From the NCBI GenBank assembly GCA_963666485.2, contig CAXXUO010000004.1, positions 64,001-128,000 of the forward strand: a DNA stretch of 64,000 nt, in the 5' to 3' direction. Source of the stretch: Syntrophorhabdaceae bacterium. Its GTDB lineage: Bacteria > Desulfobacterota > Syntrophorhabdia > Syntrophorhabdales > Syntrophorhabdaceae. Under the pieces are notes generated by a model that saw nothing but the letters and a program-made list of their open reading frames with translations, did no database searches and had not been told where the DNA came from. A program made the translations under genes and the position numbers. Below, piece by piece: positions 48,583 to 59,389 of this stretch; position 1 is the stretch's first letter, and every line of letters begins with the position of its first letter.

Positions 48583-51441
48583 CTAGTTATTTCTTATTTC
48601 CATGTTGCAGCAATTCATCCCTGATTCGAATATTTTGTATCCCCGGGGATGCAGTTTTCCGTTCTGGCTGTTCATGAATACTTCTGTGGCGATACCTTTC
48701 TTCACGTCCGGAAAGATAAACATGCCATTATAACCGGTTTTTGTCGACAGGTATTCTTCGTCCTGTCTCAAGAATACCTCAAGCCCGTCTTCCCCGGAGA
48801 CAACGCGGCCGCCTATTACCGCGCTTTCGGGATGCCTGTGATCGACCCTCTCGGGGAGAAAAGAGATTCTGTGTAGTTCCACGAAGTCCCCGTCGGCGGA
48901 GTTATCTCCTGTCAGGATAACATGTATCCTGGACACCGAACCCGTCGGCAAACGCCTTGTTTGATTTCCGTTGTGTGACATGTCCTTCAGGTCGTATGTT
49001 CTATATTTGACCTTGCCCGCCTCGCTGCCCTTCATGCGGATACCGGCGTATTCGATACAACGGTCCGCTTCCTCGCACCATATGAACTCGTCCCGGTCTT
49101 CCACGGTAAAGCCTATACCGAGAAACATCGAATCACTATTCTTTCGGTATGCGAAATGAAAATAGCGCCCATCACCCAGTTCGAGGGAATCAGGTACAAA
49201 TGTAAGGCGCGCTGCACCGGGGCCGTTTTTCGTGAATTTGCCAACCGATAACCCGGCATCAAAATAATAGTCCCCCCCGGAGACGTCCAGCACCCCGGCC
49301 TGGTCGAAAAAACCGACCTTTCCATGAATAACCTTCTGGGAAGTGGCATCAAGGATCGTTACACTATTCCTTCCTGACTCATCCGGCCCGTTACATTTGT
49401 AAAAGTGATAAAGCTCGTTGTCGATGATCACGTCGGTCGTCTCGGGGTCGTCGACGTATATCGTGGCTCCGTGCAAGAATGATACCTGCCGTGAAATGAT
49501 CGGGCAGAAATGGTTGTGCCACAATCTGATGGAGACCGTTTTCTGACCTATGTCCAGGTGCCGGTCCAGGTCTCTCGTCATTGCAGCGTAACGGGCCAGC
49601 ACTGATGCTGGAGTCACCCAGATCCTGGGACCGCTCAGGCCTGATAAGTCCGCCTGCAGATCGGAGAGCACAAGAAGCGCCTCTACTGTCTGGTCGTTGA
49701 ATATCTCCTGCTCGGGCTGAAGGAGGATGTCCGCAGCTCCCCAGTGCACGTAAATGATTGCCGCATGGCCGGGCCTGACAGCTAATTGATGTATTGCCTC
49801 GGACAGCTGAAAACCGAGGTTTTCATTATGATGAATATCTGCATGCCTCGCATAATAGGGGTGTCCTTCCTTCTCTTCTGCGATATAGCGGGGTACTATG
49901 TAGATCGGACGGTCGTCTCGGCTTAAATCCTCGATCAACAGTTCTGTTATCAGGTTGGATGCGGAGTTCAGGGGGACATGGGGGTCATCTGCGGCAAACG
50001 CCATACGTGCCGGGCATATGAACGATACCCCTCTTTGAGCGAGCAGATCATAGTGATAGGCCGATGAGGAGCGCAGGTCAGCTTCGCCTGTTCTGTAAGG
50101 ATTGCCTCTAAAGATCGGTCCTTTGAAAGTGGGTGAGGTCATGGTTGAGACAAATTGCTTTCCGCCATGGCACACCATTAGGATGGGGATCATTTTCAGA
50201 GACTCCAAGACCGGCGCCTGACTCTCAACTATTGCCCTGTGAAAGGGCAGTGCACAAACACCTTCCAAGGCAAACCTGCCGCTGCCTTTTAGCGACAGGA
50301 CCATACGGTCAATAGATGCGCCCGGCACATCCAGCCTCGATCCAACCGGCTGGTTTCTTTCCTTGCTGTATAGCAGATATTTACCGTCGACAAGATCTGC
50401 GGGCTCCCATCCTGAACTCGACAGGAGTTCTCCCCTCAATACGACTGTATGGCTGCCGCCTCTGTTGTCGGTGAGGATCAATTCCGCTGTTTTCACGCCC
50501 GGATCGATCTGTGCGTTTATGACCAATCCATAGTTGCCAAAGGCCAGATAACCTGTATCCCGGCGATTAACGTCAATAACCTGTTCGATCTCGCCCTGCA
50601 CCTGAATGTCCAAAGGGGAACAAATGTTACCCGGCTCGACAAAATCATCATCCCAGGAATGGCATGAATCAAACCAACCGCGGTGGAACATCTCCAACAA
50701 TTCTGACGCGGTTTTGTTGTTAAGGTCCCCTGATGTATTACGAAAAAAGATACACGCATTCTCCGGCTGGCATGAGAGGTTCCCCGAAGGCCAGAAGGAG
50801 TCTCCCTGGTTAACGCCGATCTGGGATTCAATGTACTCGTGAATAGACCTGGCCATTCCGACGGTCATGCCGTCCACGTCGCTTGCAATGGCCAGCGCAT
50901 TGTTATAGGGAAAGGGCAAAACACGGCAATTCTTGCCCAACCGTGGGTCAACCTTCTGGTCTGTGAAAGGACGGGTCTTCTGTGCAAAAGCAATGCGCGC
51001 GTCCCTCGCTGCACCTGCGAGGTCCGCTATGTCCTGCCTCCTTTGCGGCTTGACGGGTTTTAAGATATAGACCCTCCCGTTCTTTCTGGGGTCGGAATTA
51101 TCTGAAGTGCTGAAATAGAGAAAGTTGTGCCAGTGTGAATAACCGCCTGAACCTCTGTTGATTATGGTTGCGTGCATGGAATGCGCAGGAAATAGTTCTT
51201 TGCCGTCCTCAAAAAGAATATACGTTGAATTCCTCGGTTTTTCCGTGGAGTCACCCTGTTCAGCCGGAAGCTCCAATCTTACCGAATATCCGAACGGCTC
51301 CAGGCAGTTGATATCGTTTGTGTTAATTACTCGTACCCCGGGGTCTTGCTGCGGCAATGTATCGACAGTTACAGGATCGATCACATCCCCAACCGCGCCT
51401 TTGAAGAAGATTTTTCTTATGTTCCTGATCATGGATGTCAT
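48583..51441 (-). CDS. 952-aa protein: unnamed His-rich N-terminal domain + polysaccharide-deacetylase-like region
   Basis: PFPYNNALAIASDVDG, DSCHSW, VCHGG, IIYVHWG; N-terminal domain shared with 52231..53505. Confidence 0.55.
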   Translation of the reverse strand: MTSMIRNIRKIFFKGAVGDVIDPVTVDTLPQQDPGVRVINTNDINCLEPFGYSVRLELPAEQGDSTEKPRNSTYILFEDGKELFPAHSMHATIINRGSGGYSHWHNFLYFSTSDNSDPRKNGRVYILKPVKPQRRQDIADLAGAARDARIAFAQKTRPFTDQKVDPRLGKNCRVLPFPYNNALAIASDVDGMTVGMARSIHEYIESQIGVNQGDSFWPSGNLSCQPENACIFFRNTSGDLNNKTASELLEMFHRGWFDSCHSWDDDFVEPGNICSPLDIQVQGEIEQVIDVNRRDTGYLAFGNYGLVINAQIDPGVKTAELILTDNRGGSHTVVLRGELLSSSGWEPADLVDGKYLLYSKERNQPVGSRLDVPGASIDRMVLSLKGSGRFALEGVCALPFHRAIVESQAPVLESLKMIPILMVCHGGKQFVSTMTSPTFKGPIFRGNPYRTGEADLRSSSAYHYDLLAQRGVSFICPARMAFAADDPHVPLNSASNLITELLIEDLSRDDRPIYIVPRYIAEEKEGHPYYARHADIHHNENLGFQLSEAIHQLAVRPGHAAIIYVHWGAADILLQPEQEIFNDQTVEALLVLSDLQADLSGLSGPRIWVTPASVLARYAAMTRDLDRHLDIGQKTVSIRLWHNHFCPIISRQVSFLHGATIYVDDPETTDVIIDNELYHFYKCNGPDESGRNSVTILDATSQKVIHGKVGFFDQAGVLDVSGGDYYFDAGLSVGKFTKNGPGAARLTFVPDSLELGDGRYFHFAYRKNSDSMFLGIGFTVEDRDEFIWCEEADRCIEYAGIRMKGSEAGKVKYRTYDLKDMSHNGNQTRRLPTGSVSRIHVILTGDNSADGDFVELHRISFLPERVDHRHPESAVIGGRVVSGEDGLEVFLRQDEEYLSTKTGYNGMFIFPDVKKGIATEVFMNSQNGKLHPRGYKIFESGMNCCNMEIRNN

Positions 51442-51467
51442 CGGATAACCAAAACTGCTGCGGCGAA

Positions 51468-52208
51468 CTACTCCTCGCGATCTTCTTTTACCGCCACTGC
51501 CCCCGCAAAAACAAATTTGTCGGGATGAAGCGACACCAACTTCGAATAGATGGACCCAGCGAAATACTTGAACTTTAAAAACGCCCTGTATGATTTGAAG
51601 AATTTCTTCGGATACATCCCGTAATCCTGTGTGTGAACCACCGAAAATCGAGCCTTTTCGAGAGACGCTACCAGTTCATCTCTGTTCCAGTAGGTAGGGA
51701 TCGTCCTGTCCAGCCTCCCCAGTTCGTTATTGATATTATTTTCCGGCCGGCGGGTACTCGATACGAACAACACGCCCCCACGATCGAGGACACGCCTCAC
51801 TTCCTTAAGGGCTTCCAAGGGGCTCTTCATGTAGCATATGGCGCCCATAAAGACACAGACATCGAAGGATGCATCACGAAACGGCAGGGGCATATCTGCA
51901 TCACCGATGACGACCTTCAGCCTGCTGTTATATTTCTCCAGAATAGACCACTGCCTGTAATATCCCCATGAGTCGAACAATGTGATGTTCTTTTTCATAG
52001 CGTTTAGAGAAGCCGCCGTCGTAACTCCCGCAGAGGGGCCGATCTCCAGTATGCGCAGGTCTTTATTCAGGTCGGCGAACCTGGCGATCTGCAAACGGCT
52101 TGCGAAGCCAAGCTGCTTCCTCGGGTTGGTGATATACAGATGATAGTATGTCGCAAGAGTGTCAAATGCATCGGTAGTTCCTAGCCGATATGTCGAGTCT
52201 TTATTCAT
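51468..52208 (-). CDS. Class I SAM-dependent methyltransferase
   Basis: ILEIGPSAG, LPFRDASFD, RVLDRGG. Confidence 0.85.
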   Translation of the reverse strand: MNKDSTYRLGTTDAFDTLATYYHLYITNPRKQLGFASRLQIARFADLNKDLRILEIGPSAGVTTAASLNAMKKNITLFDSWGYYRQWSILEKYNSRLKVVIGDADMPLPFRDASFDVCVFMGAICYMKSPLEALKEVRRVLDRGGVLFVSSTRRPENNINNELGRLDRTIPTYWNRDELVASLEKARFSVVHTQDYGMYPKKFFKSYRAFLKFKYFAGSIYSKLVSLHPDKFVFAGAVAVKEDREE

Positions 52209-52230
52209 AGGCCTTATCGCTATTTAAGAC

Positions 52231-53505
52231 TTATTGTTTTTCAGCCCAGCAGAAAAAATTAATACCCCGGGTGCCTTTTTCCCTGTATCTCATTTCCCCC
52301 CGATACATTGCCATAGCCAGTACTCCATTGATCTTTGAATGTATTGCCTTAAGGGATCGTGACTTCCAGAGCCTTGTCTTCATTTCCGCCAGGGGAAAAT
52401 TCTTAAAATTGAATTTTTCTGCAATGTAAATGAACATGAACCTGGGGTCGCAATTGAATTCATTATATTGCTTAATCCTGAACCCAACGGGTTCCAGGTA
52501 TTTTTCGATCTGAGGTCTTCCAATCAAATTCTGCGTGTACAGTTTCCGATATTCAAAGAAGGTTTTCTTTCCTCCAAACATCTTGTAAATGTGGAACGGA
52601 AACCACTTCTTATAATACAGTTCCGTAAAACCGCTAAAGAAAGCATTGCCGCCCTTGGTCAATATATACTGGAACGCCTGAAAGATCTTTTCCGTTTCAG
52701 GGCTGTCAAAATCATCGATGCTGTGGATCATTACGATCGTCCTATAGGTCCCGTGCTTCAAGGTCTGCGGAACCTTCAGGTCAAAATAGACGAACTCCTT
52801 GTGCGGCAAACGGTCCTGAAATTGCCTGCAATGATCGAAGCAGTATTCCGTGCCGGTCGTAAAACTGTAATTCAGGTAGCATATTGAACTGGCGCCTTCT
52901 CCCACGGCAATCTCGATAGAGGGGTCAACTATTTTCATGCTGCGAAAAAATTCACTGTCAAGATACTGTCTGAAATATTCGGTCAGAAGCGAAGGCCATC
53001 GAGGCTCGGTTAAATCGAAGATCGATTCGTAGAATCTGCAGAAATCCGCTTTATCGAAATCGACGTTTCGAAAAGACAACAGCTCGGGTAAAAACAATAG
53101 CCATGTAAGAATTCGGGTTACTATCCAGAGCAACATTCCGACGGCCGGCCTGTAAACGTCGGCCAGATACTTCCTTATAAGGGGAGGGACAATTCTCTTC
53201 CGCCGGGAAAGAACATACTGCATCCCATTTGACCGGGGATCGGAATTGTTGCTTGAAGAAAAATAGAGAGTATCTTCCCAATGTGAATATCGTCCATTTC
53301 CGTCGTTCACGATCTCCGAATGAAATGAATGCCCCGGGCCTATTTCAGAACTGTCTTCGAACAATTTCCAGGAAGAATGACGAGCATGACCGGAATCATC
53401 TCCCTCAGACTTCGAGAGGGGAAGACGTACTGTATACAAATTGCCGGAGACATGGTATACACCGGCAGGTTGAATCCTTATCTCTTTGTTTATGATATTC
53501 GTCAA
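52231..53505 (-). CDS. Unnamed His-rich domain + divergent methyltransferase-like domain
   Basis: IEIAVGEG and ILTKGG; N-terminal repeat of the 952-aa protein domain. Confidence 0.55.
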   Translation of the reverse strand: MTNIINKEIRIQPAGVYHVSGNLYTVRLPLSKSEGDDSGHARHSSWKLFEDSSEIGPGHSFHSEIVNDGNGRYSHWEDTLYFSSSNNSDPRSNGMQYVLSRRKRIVPPLIRKYLADVYRPAVGMLLWIVTRILTWLLFLPELLSFRNVDFDKADFCRFYESIFDLTEPRWPSLLTEYFRQYLDSEFFRSMKIVDPSIEIAVGEGASSICYLNYSFTTGTEYCFDHCRQFQDRLPHKEFVYFDLKVPQTLKHGTYRTIVMIHSIDDFDSPETEKIFQAFQYILTKGGNAFFSGFTELYYKKWFPFHIYKMFGGKKTFFEYRKLYTQNLIGRPQIEKYLEPVGFRIKQYNEFNCDPRFMFIYIAEKFNFKNFPLAEMKTRLWKSRSLKAIHSKINGVLAMAMYRGEMRYREKGTRGINFFCWAEKQ

Positions 53506-53562
53506 TTTCTAGAACAAACCCGGCAGTTGATATTTTACGAAACGAAGGCGTGGGTTTTAATG

Positions 53563-54807
53563 TTACTGTCTTCTTATATCGCCCCATTTTGCATCGCCTT
53601 CATACGCATATGGCACCGGGGCGCGCCATGAATAACGCCGCTTTACGAAAAACTTGCGGCATCGTCTCTCCAGGGCGATAATATCACCTTCTTTTCTGAT
53701 CAGTGTGTCCCGGGTAATTCCGAGTGTAAGCCAATATTCACCTGCGCCGAGGAGGAGTTCGTCTGTAGAAATCTCAAACGTGCCTTCCCCGGCCAGGCCA
53801 TCAAAAATAAGTCCCTGTTCATTGCCGTCAGAGCCGGTGATCCAAATACCTTCAGAACTCTCTATTCTATACAAAGGCATGATATCCTGTTTTGGGCTGC
53901 TGCCTTTCCATGAAAAACGGAGTCTGAAGGGCTCTCCCTGCATGAACGTCGTCTTCTCGATTCCATCGTGATCACATGTCTTTATGTCGTAAATCTCTAT
54001 CTCGCCGGTACCTTCACGGTATGACGCGCTGTGAAGAGCATTTTGCAGTTCCTGTTCCGGCTCTTCCGCTTGAGTCCCGTGGATCAATTGCTGCACATAT
54101 TTTTCATAGGCCATGCATACGCCCATTGATACGTCGTAAAACTTCACCTTGCCTTCATGTATCCACAATGCCCGCTGGCAGATACGTTTGACAAGGTCGA
54201 GTGTATGCGAAACAAAAAGAACTGTGGTGCCGCTCCTGCAAATATCGTAGATCCTTTCAAGACATTTGCTGACAAAGTAGGAGTCGCCGGCTGCAAGCGC
54301 CTCATCCAGAATGAAGATATCGGGTTCAATGCTCATTGCTGTTGAAAACGTCAATCTCGCCTGCATCCCGCTTGAATATGTTTTGAAGGGCCTGTCGATA
54401 ACGCTGCGTAACTCGCTAAAATCAATAATGGACTCTACCTTTTTGTCAATTTCGTCACGACTCATCCCGAGGCACATGCCGCCCATATATATATTTTCCC
54501 GTCCTGTATATTCGCTGTGAAATCCGGATCCCAGTTCAAGGATAGCGGATATCTTGCCATCTATATGAACATTACCGGATGTTTTATCGAGAGTGCCTGC
54601 CAATATCTTCAGGAGAGTACTCTTGCCGGCTCCGTTAGGGCCTATGATCCCTACCACCTCGCCTCTTTTTACCTCAAACGAAACATCCTGCAATGCCCAG
54701 AACTGCTCATGAAACGGCTTTCCGGTCACAAGTTCTTTGAACATGTCTTTGGGCTTGTTGTAAATCTTGTACATTTTTGAAAGGTTCTCGACCTTGATAG
54801 CACTCAT
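53563..54807 (-). CDS. wzt: Polysaccharide ABC exporter ATPase with C-terminal Wzt_C domain
   Basis: [24 protein letters not shown], ~170-aa C-terminal extension. Confidence 0.93.
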   Translation of the reverse strand: MSAIKVENLSKMYKIYNKPKDMFKELVTGKPFHEQFWALQDVSFEVKRGEVVGIIGPNGAGKSTLLKILAGTLDKTSGNVHIDGKISAILELGSGFHSEYTGRENIYMGGMCLGMSRDEIDKKVESIIDFSELRSVIDRPFKTYSSGMQARLTFSTAMSIEPDIFILDEALAAGDSYFVSKCLERIYDICRSGTTVLFVSHTLDLVKRICQRALWIHEGKVKFYDVSMGVCMAYEKYVQQLIHGTQAEEPEQELQNALHSASYREGTGEIEIYDIKTCDHDGIEKTTFMQGEPFRLRFSWKGSSPKQDIMPLYRIESSEGIWITGSDGNEQGLIFDGLAGEGTFEISTDELLLGAGEYWLTLGITRDTLIRKEGDIIALERRCRKFFVKRRYSWRAPVPYAYEGDAKWGDIRRQ

Positions 54808-54822
54808 AAATACCGTTCCCTG

Positions 54823-56727
54823 TTATTTCCCTGATATGATCTCTTTACGATAAAGGTATTCAAGGATCTTGTCTAGGATTCCGGAAACATCTTCCGATTC
54901 CGTATTTACCACGATCTCCGGATCGAGCGGTTCTTCATAAGGGGATGAGATTCCGGTAAACTCAGATATCTGACCACTGCGGGCCTGTTGATAAAGTCCA
55001 TGGGGGTCCCTTTGCGCACACGTATCGATGCCGCACTGCACATAGATCTCGATAAAACGGGAACCGTCTATAATTGACCTGACGAAGTCCCGGTCTCTCC
55101 GGAAAGGGGAGATGAAGGTGCATAAGACTATGTTCCCTGCTTCGTAAAAAAGTCTCGCCGTTTCACCTGCGCGCCGTATATTTTCACTTCTGTCCCTGTC
55201 GGAGAACCCGAGATCCCCGCATAATCCATGCCTTAAATGATCTCCATCCAAGAGCATCGTCAGGCAATCCATATCAAAGAGCTGTCTTTCCAGGCGTTGC
55301 GCAATTGTTGATTTTCCCGATCCGGAATAACCCGTAAACCAAAGAACAGCCGCTCCGTGATTATTCCGGAATTCACGTTCCACGCGGCTTATATTGCACT
55401 TGTGCCACACGGCATTTGGCGACCTCATCCTAAGGTCTTCCGTACTGGCAGACTCATTGATAATCTCTCCCAGTGAACGGGAAGCGCCACGGATGACCCC
55501 GGCAGCCACCGTATTGTTGCTCAAGGCGTCTATAAGAATAAAACTGCCCGTTGCCCTGTTCGTTTTGTAATTATCGAAAAACACGGGTTGGGAGGTGCGG
55601 ACCTGCACTCTGCCGATCTCATTGAGACCAAATGTGTCCGCCGCCTCGCGATGCAGGGTGTTCATATCGATCTTATAAGTGATGCTGTCGATAAATGCCT
55701 TTACAGACCGGGTGGTGTGTTTTAGGATATACGGTTTATCACCGGACAGGGGTGTTTCATCCATCCAGCATATCGTGGCGTCGAATTTATTGCTGATGAC
55801 AGGGACGTTATTTTTCCGGACGATCATGTCGCCGCGGCTGACGTCGACCTCGTCCTCCAGGGTCATCACGACAGATTGTGGGCAAAACGCCTCGGGCAGT
55901 TCGCCGTCATATGTCACGATCCGCTTGACGCGGGTGGTGCGGGCCGAAGGCAGGACGATCACCTCCTCGCCCGGCGAAACAGTGCCGGAGACGATCTTCC
56001 CCGCAAATCCGCGAAAATCAAGATGGGGCCGAATAACGTACTGGACGGGAAACCGGAAATCTATAAGGTTCCTGTCGGCTGAAACATGGATGTTCTCCAG
56101 GTAATGCAGCAAGGTCACATCATCATACCACGGCATATTGCCGCTTTTTTCAACGACGTTGTCACCCCTCAGGGCAGAAACAGGGATGAAGACGATGTCG
56201 TGGACGTCAAGCTTTTCCGAGAACTCGCCATACTCCTCCACTATCCCATTGAACACATCCTCGGAATAATCGACAAGATCCATCTTGTTGACGGCCACCA
56301 GGATCCTCGGTATCTGCAGGAGCGATGCGATGAACCCGTGGCGCTTCGACTGGGTCAGCACCCCATTTCTGGCATCGATAAGGATAATGGCGCAATCGGC
56401 TGTCGACGCGCCTGTCACCATATTGCGCGTATATTGAACATGTCCCGGCGTATCGGCTATGATGAACTTTCTTTTCGCCGTCTCAAAATAGCGGTATGCG
56501 ACATCGATAGTGATCCCCTGCTCCCGCTCCGCGGACAGTCCGTCGAGCAGTAACGCCAGGTCTACGTCTGCCAGGCCCTTGCGTTCCGATGTCTTCTGTA
56601 TGGCGGCATACTGGTCTTCATAGATGGATTTCGTTTCATACAGCAGGCGCCCGATAAGGGTGGATTTCCCGTCATCGACGCTGCCCGTCGTCGTAAAACG
56701 CAATATTGACTTTTCCCCGCCAGGCAC
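54823..56727 (-). CDS. cysNC: Sulfate adenylyltransferase large subunit fused to APS kinase
   Basis: GSVDDGKST, AEREQGITIDVAYRYF, NKMD; C-terminal WFTGYSGSGKST, LDGD, FISP. Confidence 0.95.
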   Translation of the reverse strand: MPGGEKSILRFTTTGSVDDGKSTLIGRLLYETKSIYEDQYAAIQKTSERKGLADVDLALLLDGLSAEREQGITIDVAYRYFETAKRKFIIADTPGHVQYTRNMVTGASTADCAIILIDARNGVLTQSKRHGFIASLLQIPRILVAVNKMDLVDYSEDVFNGIVEEYGEFSEKLDVHDIVFIPVSALRGDNVVEKSGNMPWYDDVTLLHYLENIHVSADRNLIDFRFPVQYVIRPHLDFRGFAGKIVSGTVSPGEEVIVLPSARTTRVKRIVTYDGELPEAFCPQSVVMTLEDEVDVSRGDMIVRKNNVPVISNKFDATICWMDETPLSGDKPYILKHTTRSVKAFIDSITYKIDMNTLHREAADTFGLNEIGRVQVRTSQPVFFDNYKTNRATGSFILIDALSNNTVAAGVIRGASRSLGEIINESASTEDLRMRSPNAVWHKCNISRVEREFRNNHGAAVLWFTGYSGSGKSTIAQRLERQLFDMDCLTMLLDGDHLRHGLCGDLGFSDRDRSENIRRAGETARLFYEAGNIVLCTFISPFRRDRDFVRSIIDGSRFIEIYVQCGIDTCAQRDPHGLYQQARSGQISEFTGISSPYEEPLDPEIVVNTESEDVSGILDKILEYLYRKEIISGK

Positions 56728-57683
56728 TAGAAGTAGCCTTCCTTCTTCTTCTGTTCCATCGATGAGTCGCTCGTCAGGTCAATGATGCGGTTTTCGCGTT
56801 CTGACTTGCGGGCACGCCTCACCTCGCCAATGATACCGTCTATTGTCGTCGATCCCGATTCGATCGCACCCGTGCACGGAATACATCCGAGGCTCCGGAA
56901 ACGGCTCATGACAATTTCGACCTCTTCGCTATCAGTTCCCTCGCCCTGCCCGTCACCCCCTGGCGTCCCCTTCCCCCCTGGGCCATTCACGGTTGAACAG
57001 GAAGACACCGGGATCAGGATCCCCTTTCTTCGGATCACGGGCCTTTCCTGTGCGTAATAGATGGGCACTATAGGTATGTTCTCGAGTTTTATATATTGCC
57101 ACACATCCTGTTCCGTCCAGTTGCTTAAAGGAAAGACGCGGACGGTCTCACCCTCATTTATGCACGTATTGAACAGGTCCCAGACCTCGGGCCGCTGGTT
57201 CTTGGGGTCCCATTGTCCATGCGGATCTCTAAGAGAAAAGACCCTCTCTTTTGCCCTTGATTTCTCTTCGTCCCTTCGTGCCCCGCCAAACGCGGCGTCA
57301 AAACCATGCTTCCTGATGGCGTCGAGCAGCGCCCCCGTCTTAAGGTAGCTGCAGCATTTGTCGACCCCTATCTTCAACGGATGGCATCCGTTCTCGATCA
57401 TCTCCTCGTTGCGTTCCACTATCAGCCTGGCCCCGATCTCCCGGCAGAAGCGGTCCCGGAATTCGTACATCTCCGGGAACTTGAAGCCGGTGTCTACGTG
57501 CATCAACGGAAAGGGGAATTTCCCCGGATAAAAAGCCTTCTGGGCAAGCCTGACCATAACGCTCGAGTCTTTTCCCACGGAATAAAGCATGACGGGATTC
57601 TGAAATTCGGCAACAACTTCCCGCATTATATGTATGGATTCGGATTCGAGCTGCCTGAGAAAAGAGATGGTGTAAGAACTCAT
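56727..57683 (-). CDS. cysD: Sulfate adenylyltransferase small subunit
   Basis: [36 protein letters not shown]. Confidence 0.96.
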   Translation of the reverse strand: MSSYTISFLRQLESESIHIMREVVAEFQNPVMLYSVGKDSSVMVRLAQKAFYPGKFPFPLMHVDTGFKFPEMYEFRDRFCREIGARLIVERNEEMIENGCHPLKIGVDKCCSYLKTGALLDAIRKHGFDAAFGGARRDEEKSRAKERVFSLRDPHGQWDPKNQRPEVWDLFNTCINEGETVRVFPLSNWTEQDVWQYIKLENIPIVPIYYAQERPVIRRKGILIPVSSCSTVNGPGGKGTPGGDGQGEGTDSEEVEIVMSRFRSLGCIPCTGAIESGSTTIDGIIGEVRRARKSERENRIIDLTSDSSMEQKKKEGYF

Positions 57684-58531
57684 CAGCTGATCTCGCCGCT
57701 TATGTATGCTTTTGTTCTTTCATCTTTTGGATCGTTCAGGAATTGAACTGCGGGACCGTATTCAACCAATTCTCCCATGTAGAGAAAGACAATATAGTCG
57801 GCGATCCTTTTTGCCTGCCGGAGAATATGGGTCACGACAATTATCGTGTATTTCTGTTTCAGCAATCTGAACTGCGCCTCGACGAGCTTCGCCGAGATGG
57901 GATCCAGCGCAGACGTCGGTTCGTCGGCGAGAATGATCTCCGGCTCGATGGCGAGCACGCGGGCGAGTGCCAGTCTCTGCTGCTGGCCGATGGAAAGCTT
58001 CGAAGCAGGCGCGTGCAGCCTGTCCTTCACCTCTTCCCAGAGTCCTGCCAACCTCAGGTAATACTCTACGAGGAGATTCATTTCCCGCTCTTTGTTCCCT
58101 TTTTTGATTGTTTCTTTCTTTTCAAAGAAACCGTCAAAAACATGGTTGAATTTTTCTTTCTCCGATATCTTTTCGAAGATGTTGCCACCGTTGATCTTAT
58201 GGATGCGCGGCCCGAAGGCTATGTTGTCATATATGGACATGGGTAAGGGGTACGGCCTCTGGGGCAGGAACCCCACCCTCTTCCTGAGGTCTATAACATC
58301 GGTCCCGCTCCCGTAGATATCGGTCCCGTCTATATATATGTCCCCCGTCACCCTGACATCCTCGTTCAACTCAAGAAGCCTGTTCATACTCTTGAGAAGC
58401 GTGGTTTTTCCGCACCCGGATGGCCCGATAATAGCGATTATCTGTTTTTCCGGAATATCAAGGATGATGTTTTGGAGGACCTGGTGGCTCCCGTAGGACA
58501 CCGTCAAGCCGTCCACATGGATTGTTGACAT
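57683..58531 (-). CDS. pstB: PstB-like ABC ATPase
   Basis: [36 protein letters not shown]. Confidence 0.88.
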   Translation of the reverse strand: MSTIHVDGLTVSYGSHQVLQNIILDIPEKQIIAIIGPSGCGKTTLLKSMNRLLELNEDVRVTGDIYIDGTDIYGSGTDVIDLRKRVGFLPQRPYPLPMSIYDNIAFGPRIHKINGGNIFEKISEKEKFNHVFDGFFEKKETIKKGNKEREMNLLVEYYLRLAGLWEEVKDRLHAPASKLSIGQQQRLALARVLAIEPEIILADEPTSALDPISAKLVEAQFRLLKQKYTIIVVTHILRQAKRIADYIVFLYMGELVEYGPAVQFLNDPKDERTKAYISGEIS

Positions 58532-58540
58532 GAACAAGCC

Positions 58541-59389
58541 TTATCGAATGAGGTGCTTCGAAAATCTCCAGCCCAGAAAACGGGATACGATACTCACAAG
58601 CAATACGATCATGAGAAGTATAAGCGCCGAAGCGAAGGCCCTTTCCTGGACCTCCGGTACAGGGGTGCCGGCCTGGAAGAACACGGCAAGCGGCAGTGAC
58701 GCGACGGGATCCAGCAAAGACCCCGGTATCTCATCCGTGTACCCGGCGGTAAATAGTATCGATGCGGCATCGCCGATGCCGCGTCCGAACGCCAAAATCA
58801 CCGCGGTGCAGATCCCGGGGAATGCCTGCCTGAATATCACTGAAAAGGTCGTTTCCAACCGGGTAGTGCCGAGGGCGTACGATACCTCCTTTAGCTCGAA
58901 AGGGACCATACGGATCGCCTCTTCCATGGACCTGATCATAATGGGCAGCATAAGAAGCGTCAGCACAATTATCCCGCCCAACAGCGAAGCACGCAGCCCG
59001 AAATAGACCATAACAACGAATCCGAAAGCGCCATAGACGATCGAGGGCGTTCCCCAGAGTATATCGAGTATCAAACGCGTATAATCCCCGAAAATCCTGT
59101 GCGTGTACTCCTTCTGCAGGGCAAGCGCCACGGGGAGGCTGATCATTATCGCGATGATCAAAGAGCCCGACACAAGCAGGAATGAACCGACGATCGCGTT
59201 TGCGATTCCCCCTTCCCTTCCCAGGTAATAACCTCCCTTCGGAGTGCTGAAGATCATGGAGAGGTTCATGGCCGAAAATCCTTTAGCGGCAATGACCATG
59301 ACGATACCGACCAGGGACAAAAGGACAACTGTCACCGAAGCGATCATCAACGCTTTGAATATGTTTTCTTCCAGATTCCTTGAATTCAC
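58541..59389 (-). CDS. pstA: PstA-like ABC permease
   Basis: GTPSIVYGAFG, ALGTTRLET, GRGIGDAA. Confidence 0.88.
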   Translation of the reverse strand: MNSRNLEENIFKALMIASVTVVLLSLVGIVMVIAAKGFSAMNLSMIFSTPKGGYYLGREGGIANAIVGSFLLVSGSLIIAIMISLPVALALQKEYTHRIFGDYTRLILDILWGTPSIVYGAFGFVVMVYFGLRASLLGGIIVLTLLMLPIMIRSMEEAIRMVPFELKEVSYALGTTRLETTFSVIFRQAFPGICTAVILAFGRGIGDAASILFTAGYTDEIPGSLLDPVASLPLAVFFQAGTPVPEVQERAFASALILLMIVLLVSIVSRFLGWRFSKHLIR

